A stretch of DNA of 32,534 bases from a virus (Duplodnaviria; Caudoviricetes), in the IMG/VR virus record IMGVR_UViG_3300019784_002254, positions 1 to 32,534 of that record. One strand, given 5' to 3'. The position numbers were made by a program, and so were the translations under genes. The number at the start of each line of letters is the position of its first letter. Position 1 is the stretch's first letter. Positions 25,743-32,534 of this stretch are shown piece by piece. The notes below the pieces were generated by a model. The model did not search any database. It saw only the letters and a list, made by a program, of their open reading frames with translations, and was not told the origin of the DNA.

Positions 25743-26399
25743 ATGGAAATAGAAATAAGAGATGAGCATGACCAAATAATTGATATTTCTCAAATCGAAA
25801 TAAATGAACAAAATCAAGCTAAAAAATATATAGAGGAAAATGATATTGTTTTAGAATTGGGAGCTAGATATGGTTCAGTATCTTGCGCGATAAATTCTAA
25901 ACTTAATAATAAAAGCAATCAAGTCGTTGTAGAACCAGACCAGAGAGTATGGGAAGCGTTAGAAAAAAATAAAACTAGAAATAATTGTGAATTCCATATC
26001 ATCAGAGGTTTTATAAGCAAACAAAAAATGGATCTTGTTAATTTACATTCATATTTAAATGGATATGGATCTACATTTAGGAAAAATATTAATTCTACGA
26101 TACCAAATTTTCTACTTGATAATATAATTGAAAAATATAATTTAACATTTAATGTTCTTGTTGCAGATTGCGAAGGATTTCTTGAAATCTTTTTAAATGA
26201 AAACCCTAGATTATATAAAGAGTTAAGATTAATTATATTTGAAGCAGACTATCCAAATAAATGTAATTATAAGAGAATAGAAAATATGTTATCAGGCAAT
26301 AATTTCAAAAAATTTGTTAAAGGCCATCAAAATGTATGGATAAAATCTACCGAAGAATATCAAGAAGTTAGGCCAAATCCACCACAATATAAATATTGA
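25743..26399 (+). CDS. FkbM-family methyltransferase
   Basis: VLELGARYG, VVVEP, LVADCEG. Confidence 0.85.
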   Translation: MEIEIRDEHDQIIDISQIEINEQNQAKKYIEENDIVLELGARYGSVSCAINSKLNNKSNQVVVEPDQRVWEALEKNKTRNNCEFHIIRGFISKQKMDLVNLHSYLNGYGSTFRKNINSTIPNFLLDNIIEKYNLTFNVLVADCEGFLEIFLNENPRLYKELRLIIFEADYPNKCNYKRIENMLSGNNFKKFVKGHQNVWIKSTEEYQEVRPNPPQYKY

Positions 26400-26849
26400 T
26401 TTGCTAACGAAAAAATGCCAAATATAGTTGATAAAACCATAATACAAACATATAATCTAATAATATGAATAAAATTAAAACACTAGCATTAATCGCACTT
26501 TTTTCTGCCTCTTTGGGGCTAGCGGATTCTGGAACTCAAAGTGAATCTACTCCAGTAGCAGATGGTTTTTTATCCGCTGGAGATCTTATCATTGTTCGCC
26601 CAATCTCAACCGCAGCAACTATTGGTGCTTTCGGAATTTTTGCAGTAGTAGCTCCATTTACTGAAATGGCTGGATGCACAGAAGAAACTTATGAAGGTCT
26701 TGTAGAAAAGACTGGAAAGTTTTCTTTTGATCGTGATCTTGGTGATTTCAATAAGTAAGATTTGCTAACGAAATTTAGCCAAATAATCCTATTTACTAAC
26801 AGGATTTAGCCAAATATAGCTCTATTTGCTAACGAAATTTAGCCAAATA
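26400..26849. repeat. Four copies of a 25-bp quasi-palindromic repeat TTTGCTAACGAAATTTAGCCAAATA
   Basis: Copies at 26400-26424, 26761-26785, 26792-26816 and 26825-26849. Confidence 0.9.
26465..26758 (+). CDS. Exported/membrane small protein
   Basis: Signal peptide plus hydrophobic DLIIVRP..AATIGAFGIFAVVAPF. Confidence 0.7.
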   Translation: MNKIKTLALIALFSASLGLADSGTQSESTPVADGFLSAGDLIIVRPISTAATIGAFGIFAVVAPFTEMAGCTEETYEGLVEKTGKFSFDRDLGDFNK

Positions 26850-26850
26850 T

Positions 26851-27048
26851 ATGAACAAAAAATGTTCAAATACGAATGAATGTCGGCCAAATATAGGTGC
26901 TGGCAAAGGCGATAAACCAAGAAATTGTTTCTCTGATAGGTTTAAACAAAACTATGACAGCATAAACTGGTCAGATGAAAAAGATAAGTCGTTGATTAAA
27001 AAAGAATTAAAAAACAAAGATTGTTCATCTACATACATTTATAAATGA
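26851..27048 (+). CDS. Small phage protein
   Basis: GAGKGDKPR...FKQNYDSINW motif. Confidence 0.65.
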   Translation: MNKKCSNTNECRPNIGAGKGDKPRNCFSDRFKQNYDSINWSDEKDKSLIKKELKNKDCSSTYIYK

Positions 27049-27422
27049 CAGATCCAAAAAGAGTTTTAGAAAATCGTGCAAGTTCTTCATACATAGCAGA
27101 ATATTCTGCTCCAAAGATTGAACTTGCGGATCTTGATAAACTACAAGGACTTAGACATTTAAATCTAAATAAAAAAATAGATACAAGATTGCAAGAGCTT
27201 AAAGCAGAATATGATAACCTTGTGGCTCTTAATGATTGGAATAATTTTGTAGATAGTTTTGAGTGCAGAATAGAATGTGTCATAGGTCAAGAATATTATC
27301 TCTATGAGACAGATGAAGGTAGAAGATTTTTGTCTATTATTGAGCCAGAAAGTTTTACTATCAAATATAAGTTCCACGGCACAACAAGGTTAAATAGCTT
27401 TGGATTTTTTGAAAAAGTATAA
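27045..27422 (+). CDS. DUF2452-like protein
   Basis: APKI, VIGQEYYLY, FLSIIEP. Confidence 0.65.
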   Translation: MTDPKRVLENRASSSYIAEYSAPKIELADLDKLQGLRHLNLNKKIDTRLQELKAEYDNLVALNDWNNFVDSFECRIECVIGQEYYLYETDEGRRFLSIIEPESFTIKYKFHGTTRLNSFGFFEKV

Positions 27423-27454
27423 TTGACAAGTTTGACAATATATATTATATTTGA

Positions 27455-28357
27455 ATGATGAGAAAAGGAGTTTGTTGTATTGTTTTAAGTCTAGCTGAAC
27501 AAGATAATCCTATCAAGTTCAATACTATGACTTATGCTCGTTTCTCTGCTATGTCTAGAGCAGAGGCATTATCTACTCTTTCTTCTAGAATATTAAACAA
27601 TATGACAACTACATATCAATACATAAAGTATTGTGCAGACCATAATCATACTTATAGAATTTCTTCTGATCTATTTCCTCTTATCACTTATGATAAAGCA
27701 GATGTTAAGCTGGAAAACTTACCAGATTATACCAGAATACTAGCATCATTTGATAGTATCAAGAAACTAATACAATCTAGAAATGTTAGAGTGTCTTGCC
27801 ATCCTAGTGAATTTAATGTTCTTGCAAGTGACAACGAAAATGCAATAACTAAAACAATCAAAGAATTAAATCACTATGGTTGGTTTATGACGCAAATCGG
27901 TTGTCCACTAAACTATGATGCACCTATGAATATGCACATACATAATTCCAAGGGCAATCTAAATGACATAGTAAAGAAGTTTATGAGTAACTTTGAAAGA
28001 CTATCAGATGATGTCAAATCTAGATTAGTTATTGAGAATGATGATAAAGATACTTGCTGGTCAGTTAAGAAACTTATGAAGCATTTTCATTCTGTTTCTA
28101 ATATTCCTATTACCTTTGATTATCTTCATCACAAATGTCATCCAGATAATCTATCAGAGGAACAAGCATTTCATCTTGCACGAATTACTTGGGGCAATCA
28201 TACTCCACTATTTCATTACTCTGAAAGTATTGATGGTCACAAGAATCCACGCAAACACGCTGACTACGCAAAGTCCTTGCCTAATACTTATGGTTATGAT
28301 AATATAGATGTTGATTTTGAATTAAAGATGAAAGAACAATCTTTCGCTAAACTATGA
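27455..28357 (+). CDS. uvsE: UV-damage endonuclease
   Basis: YRISSDLFP, SCHPSEFNVLAS, IENDDK, FDYLHH, FHYSES, HAD, ELKMKE. Confidence 0.92.
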   Translation: MMRKGVCCIVLSLAEQDNPIKFNTMTYARFSAMSRAEALSTLSSRILNNMTTTYQYIKYCADHNHTYRISSDLFPLITYDKADVKLENLPDYTRILASFDSIKKLIQSRNVRVSCHPSEFNVLASDNENAITKTIKELNHYGWFMTQIGCPLNYDAPMNMHIHNSKGNLNDIVKKFMSNFERLSDDVKSRLVIENDDKDTCWSVKKLMKHFHSVSNIPITFDYLHHKCHPDNLSEEQAFHLARITWGNHTPLFHYSESIDGHKNPRKHADYAKSLPNTYGYDNIDVDFELKMKEQSFAKL

Positions 28358-28443
28358 CGCACAAACTATACGAAATGTTCATAGTTATCCTTGGTGTAAT
28401 TGCTAATATCGTGCTTATTATAAATGCAATTCATCATTGGTAA
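28354..28443 (+). CDS. 29-aa transmembrane peptide
   Basis: ATGA and TAATG overlaps with both neighbours; hydrophobic core. Confidence 0.45.
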   Translation: MTHKLYEMFIVILGVIANIVLIINAIHHW

Positions 28444-29105
28444 TGAATAAATATTTAATTATATCAGACATTCACCTTGGAGATAAAGATTGCAAGGCTG
28501 AAATCTTATTAAAAGTTTTAAAACAAAACAAAGCAAAAACAATTATAATTGCTGGCGATCTTTTTGACCACCACAATTTGCATAGGTTAAATAAAACTCA
28601 TTGGAAAGTATTATCTAAATTACGCAAACTTTCTAAAAAATGCAAGATAATTTATTTGATTGGCAATCATTGTTTTCTTAAAGCAGAGTTTATGAGTATT
28701 CTTCTTGGATTTAATTGCAAAGACGAACATATTATAGAATTAAAAGATGAGAAATTGTTGGTAGTTCACGGAGACATATTTGATATTTACTTTACAAAAT
28801 ATAAATGGATTACTAACTTTATTATTAAATTATATTACCTTGTTAGACATTATACTCCATTTGCAGATGATTTCTTTAAATTATTTAAACATCATACAAA
28901 TGATTTTGTTGAGAAAAGCGGAGATGTAAAGAAAAATGCTCTAAAATATATAGAAGTAAATAACTACGATAAGATAATTTGTGGTCATACTCATCTTCCA
29001 GAAGATGATGATAGATATATAAATACTGGTAGTTTTTGTGAAAAAGAATGTGGTTATGTTGTTATAGATAAAAAAGATCAAATAAGATTGACAAAAATTA
29101 AATAA
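28443..29105 (+). CDS. Calcineurin-like metallophosphoesterase, LpxH-like
   Basis: SDIHLG, GDLFD, GNH, HGDIFD, CGHTH, YINTGS. Confidence 0.85.
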   Translation: MNKYLIISDIHLGDKDCKAEILLKVLKQNKAKTIIIAGDLFDHHNLHRLNKTHWKVLSKLRKLSKKCKIIYLIGNHCFLKAEFMSILLGFNCKDEHIIELKDEKLLVVHGDIFDIYFTKYKWITNFIIKLYYLVRHYTPFADDFFKLFKHHTNDFVEKSGDVKKNALKYIEVNNYDKIICGHTHLPEDDDRYINTGSFCEKECGYVVIDKKDQIRLTKIK

Positions 29106-29122
29106 AGGATAAGATATAGTAT

Positions 29123-29770
29123 ATGGGTATGTTTAATTATATCAAGATCGAGCAAGATTTACCTCTTAATGATGAGCTAAAAGCTCTTAATGTTGATTTT
29201 AAGAAAGAAGAATTTCAAACAAAAGAACTAGAAGAAAGTCTTATGTCTACTTATATTATCCGTGATTATAGACTATTTGAATTAAAAATAACTAGCCATT
29301 GGGAAGATAATCCAGATTATGTAAAAGATGGTAGTAGATTTGGCGAATTTTTTAATAAGAATAAATTGGTAGAAGATAGCAGAGAAGAAGTTTTTAGAGA
29401 TGATTATACTGGCACATTTACTTTTGGTGCTTATATCTCTGGCAAAACCAAGGAAAGCTATGATTACTTTCCAGATTGGAAATGTGTTGTAGTCCAAGGT
29501 TTATTAACAGAAATATCTTTAATTACGCCAGTTGAAAAAAATTCATCTGGAAAAAGAATAGATGCAGAAGAATCTTTTATGAAAGAAATAGAAGATCACG
29601 AAAGAAAAATGAGATGTCCAGTTTATAGTTTTTACTTTAAATATTATGTTAAGACAATGAATCTAGTTGAATGGAAACTTTCTATTGGGATTGTCAAGAT
29701 TATTAATTTCTTGAATTGGCTACAATGGAAAGGCATTAGAAAAGTTATAAGGATTTTGACACCAAGATGA
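29123..29770 (+). CDS. Conserved phage hypothetical protein
   Basis: MGMFNYI...FQTKEL pattern. Confidence 0.65.
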   Translation: MGMFNYIKIEQDLPLNDELKALNVDFKKEEFQTKELEESLMSTYIIRDYRLFELKITSHWEDNPDYVKDGSRFGEFFNKNKLVEDSREEVFRDDYTGTFTFGAYISGKTKESYDYFPDWKCVVVQGLLTEISLITPVEKNSSGKRIDAEESFMKEIEDHERKMRCPVYSFYFKYYVKTMNLVEWKLSIGIVKIINFLNWLQWKGIRKVIRILTPR

Positions 29771-30417
29771 AAAAATTTAGAATTGTTACTCATCTTTGGC
29801 CTACCGCAGATGAAATGGATAAAGAACTATTAATTAATTTAGATAATCAATCAGTTACTAATAGAAAAACAAATCATACATATATTCCTCAAATTAGCGG
29901 TCAATGCAAGTATCCAGCAATCAATTATTCTAGAAATAGCAAATTAATTAGAGTATTATTGCATAATGTTTTATTCTATCACAAACATAGATATTTACCA
30001 GAAGAAATAGACCATATAGATTTTAATAAATTGAATAATGATATTAATAATTTAAGACCATTGACAACAGAGGGAAACAGAAGATATAACAAGAAAAGAA
30101 AATATTTGAAAGGCAAAAAAACATCTTCTAAATATATTGGAGTCACTTTAGATAAAAAAGCTCAAAAATTAAAGACTGGAAAAGTTTGGAGAGCTAGAGT
30201 TGTTGTTCCAAAGAATCATCCACAATTTAATAATATAAAAAGACTTGAACTTCACTTAGGTTTCTTTAAATCAGAAGATGAAGCGGGACAAGTAGTAAAT
30301 GACAAAATAAGAGAGTTAGGATTAGAAGATATTTCTGTAATGAATGATACGCCACAAGAAAGAGCAAGAAAATTAAGTTTATTTGACAACTTAGAACCTA
30401 TTACAGATTTAAAATGA
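29767..30417 (+). CDS. HNH-AP2 homing endonuclease-like protein
   Basis: EIDHIDFNKLNNDINNLR (HNH); SSKYIGV..WRARV..HLGFF..EDEAG (AP2). Confidence 0.88.
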   Translation: MKKFRIVTHLWPTADEMDKELLINLDNQSVTNRKTNHTYIPQISGQCKYPAINYSRNSKLIRVLLHNVLFYHKHRYLPEEIDHIDFNKLNNDINNLRPLTTEGNRRYNKKRKYLKGKKTSSKYIGVTLDKKAQKLKTGKVWRARVVVPKNHPQFNNIKRLELHLGFFKSEDEAGQVVNDKIRELGLEDISVMNDTPQERARKLSLFDNLEPITDLK

Positions 30418-30605
30418 AGAAAAAACCTCATATTCTTAAGGTTAAACAACAAGATGGATACCAATATGTTGAATTACCAGATTCTTTAATGAATAAAATG
30501 GGATGGAAAATCGGTGATACGATTGATTGGCACGATAATAAAGACGGAAGTTTTTCTTTAATCAAAATCGCAAAGCCTTCTAAATCAAAAAGAAACAAAG
30601 TTTGA
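30414..30605 (+). CDS. AbrB/MazE-like DNA-binding protein
   Basis: YVELPDSLMNKMGWKIGDTIDW. Confidence 0.75.
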   Translation: MKKKPHILKVKQQDGYQYVELPDSLMNKMGWKIGDTIDWHDNKDGSFSLIKIAKPSKSKRNKV

Positions 30606-30636
30606 CGAGTTGGTTAGTCCAGTATATACTGGAAGT

Positions 30637-31749
30637 ATGAAGCTACCTACAATTTACAAAAAGACAAAGACTGGCAAAGTCCAAGAATGGACTATTGAAG
30701 TTAAAGGAAATCAATACCGCACAATTTCTGGTCAAACAGATGGCGAGAAGATCACTAATAATTGGAGTGATTGTGATATTAAAAATGCTGGCAGATCAAA
30801 TGCTACTACTCCAGAAGAACAAGCAATCAAAGAAGCAGAAGCAAAACGCAAAAAGAAATTAGAATCTGGCTACTTTGAATCTATCAAAGATATTAACAAG
30901 GTTCAATACTTCGAGCCAATGCTTGCACAAAAGTATGAAGATCACGAAATCAATTATCCAGTTTATAGCCAACCCAAACTTGATGGTATTCGTTGTATTG
31001 TAACAAAGGATGGAATGTTTAGCAGAAACGGCAAGAAGATTATTTCTGCTACTCACATTCGCCAGAATCTAGATTTATTCTTTAAAGATTATCCTAATGC
31101 AATTCTTGATGGCGAGTTATATTGTGATAAGTTTGCGAATGATTTTAATAAGATTTGCTCTCTTGTAAAAAGAACTAAACCTACCGATAAAGAACTAGAG
31201 GAAAGTGCAGATAGTATTCAATATTGGGTTTATGATGCACCTAGAATTGGATTGTTAAATGAAAGTGATTTATTCTATGAGAGATATGAATTGTTTTCTA
31301 ATGCTCTTACTAAAAGAAAATATAATAGCATTGTTGTTGTAACTACTCTTAAAGTAAATAATGAAAAAGAACTTACTGAATCCTACGAAATGTATGTGGA
31401 GAATGGTTACGAAGGTCAAATGGTTAGACTTAACAGACCTTATGAGAATAAGCGAAGCAAGTTTCTTCTTAAAAGAAAAGAATTTATGGATGCCGAGTTT
31501 ATTATCAAAGGAGTTAAAGAAGGTGAAGGCAACCGCAAAGGAACTGCTGGTTATATGGAATTTGCAAATGCTAAAGGTAGATATTTTAAGAGCAACATCA
31601 AAGGTGATTTTGGTTATCTCAAAGAACTTTACAAACAAAGAAATGAATTAGTGGGCAAGAAAGCTACCATAAAATTCTTCAATTATACACCAGATGAAGT
31701 GCCAAGGTTTCCTTATGTTGTTGCTATTGATAGAGATAGCTACGAATAA
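30637..31749 (+). CDS. ATP-dependent DNA ligase
   Basis: PMLA, QPKLDGIR, SRNGK, LDGELY, YEGQM, KRSKFLLK.K, PRFP. ATG 30637 follows TTGACG-17-TATACT. Confidence 0.93.
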   Translation: MKLPTIYKKTKTGKVQEWTIEVKGNQYRTISGQTDGEKITNNWSDCDIKNAGRSNATTPEEQAIKEAEAKRKKKLESGYFESIKDINKVQYFEPMLAQKYEDHEINYPVYSQPKLDGIRCIVTKDGMFSRNGKKIISATHIRQNLDLFFKDYPNAILDGELYCDKFANDFNKICSLVKRTKPTDKELEESADSIQYWVYDAPRIGLLNESDLFYERYELFSNALTKRKYNSIVVVTTLKVNNEKELTESYEMYVENGYEGQMVRLNRPYENKRSKFLLKRKEFMDAEFIIKGVKEGEGNRKGTAGYMEFANAKGRYFKSNIKGDFGYLKELYKQRNELVGKKATIKFFNYTPDEVPRFPYVVAIDRDSYE

Positions 31750-31792
31750 AATATTATTTGACATCATTTTAAATTTAATTTATATTCAATAT

Positions 31793-32534
31793 ATGAAATT
31801 AATCGAAAAACCAATCAATGTAGTCGAGTCCGATAGTTTTGAGTCCGTAAGTTTCGGAATTAAGCAATCTGGACTTCCTTATATCTTTAACATCCTTCGC
31901 AATCAGTTGTATTCCAACAAACCTCTCGCAGTTTTGCGTGAGATTACTTGTAATGCACAAGACGCTAACATCGAAGCAAAGAGCAAGCGTCCGATTGAAA
32001 TTAAACTTCCTACAAAGCTAGACCCTACCTTAACTATCAGAGATTTTGGTAATGGTCTTTCTGCTGATGATATTAAGAATCTTTATTGTTATTATGGCGA
32101 ATCTACCAAACGCAATAGTAATTCTGCTATTGGATATTATGGCATTGGAAAATTCGCACCATTCAGTTATGGTGATAACTTTGTTTTGATTTCCTACAAT
32201 GATAGTAAGAAAACTACTTATAATGCTTTTATTGATGAGACTAAAATTGGTAAGATCGTTAAGCTCAAGGAAGAAAAATCCTCCGAGCCTACTGGCGTAT
32301 TAATTTCTGTTCCAATCAAAGAAGAAGATACTGAAACCTTCTTGTCTACTGCTCAAGAATTGTTTAAGTATTTTAAGAACAAGCCAATTATCAAAGGTGC
32401 AAGAAAAGAAGATTTATCAGAAATCTATGATCGCACACCAGTATTTAAAGGTAATGGTTGGGCTTATTATAATAACTCTAGCTATGGTAAAGAATCTGTT
32501 GCTATTATGGGAGTTGGTTATCCTATCGAAACTA
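31793..32534 (+). CDS. rIIA-like protein with GHKL ATPase domain (runs off window end)
   Basis: Read manually: LYSNKPLAVLREITCNAQDA, IRDFGNGLS, YGESTKRNSN.AIG.YGIGKFAPFSY. Confidence 0.85.
   Translation, partial: MKLIEKPINVVESDSFESVSFGIKQSGLPYIFNILRNQLYSNKPLAVLREITCNAQDANIEAKSKRPIEIKLPTKLDPTLTIRDFGNGLSADDIKNLYCYYGESTKRNSNSAIGYYGIGKFAPFSYGDNFVLISYNDSKKTTYNAFIDETKIGKIVKLKEEKSSEPTGVLISVPIKEEDTETFLSTAQELFKYFKNKPIIKGARKEDLSEIYDRTPVFKGNGWAYYNNSSYGKESVAIMGVGYPIET

Noticed and set aside
26761-26849. CRISPR array
   Set aside because: Spacers are only 6-8 nt and there are no cas genes in the window.
30414-30605. Toxin-antitoxin pair
   Set aside because: The AbrB-like gene has no adjacent toxin; its neighbours are HNH-AP2 and ligase.
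8885-31651. Other short antisense/overlapping ORFs in the track (8885, 10894, 14424, 22290, 22608, 22725, 23374, 23878, 27029, 27165, 28116, 29282, 30252, 30859, 31270, 31361)
   Set aside because: They lie within or across better-supported genes and have no motifs.
1-32534. Stop-codon recoding
   Set aside because: Conserved genes are full length in the standard code, and TAA, TAG and TGA all end genes.

Overview
AT-rich segment of a large tailed-phage genome. Left arm (1-12.2 kb, mostly minus strand): probable virion/late genes including two pairs of paralogues, an HNH nuclease, a phage tmRNA, a ~330-nt structured RNA I cannot assign, a 906-aa protein, a stand-alone group I ribozyme, and purA, an IMPDH/GMPR gene and dCMP deaminase. 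Right arm (mostly plus strand): dNMP kinase, sigma-like factor, glycosyltransferases, class Ia nrdA/nrdB split by duplicated FkbM methyltransferases, tRNA-Asn(GUU), an unusual tRNA-Ser(ACU), a 25-bp repeat cluster, uvsE, an LpxH-like phosphoesterase, HNH-AP2 nuclease, DNA ligase and a truncated rIIA-like gene. The main candidate discovery is at 7971-8385 (minus): a complete group I catalytic core with its own promoter/boxA-like leader and no upstream exon. Its best P1/5' splice site lies downstream of the omega-G, suggesting a naturally circularly permuted group I intron that would excise a 111-nt circular RNA and process the mRNA of the 906-aa gene. All calls are by-eye motif recognition and manual base-pairing; no searches were run.
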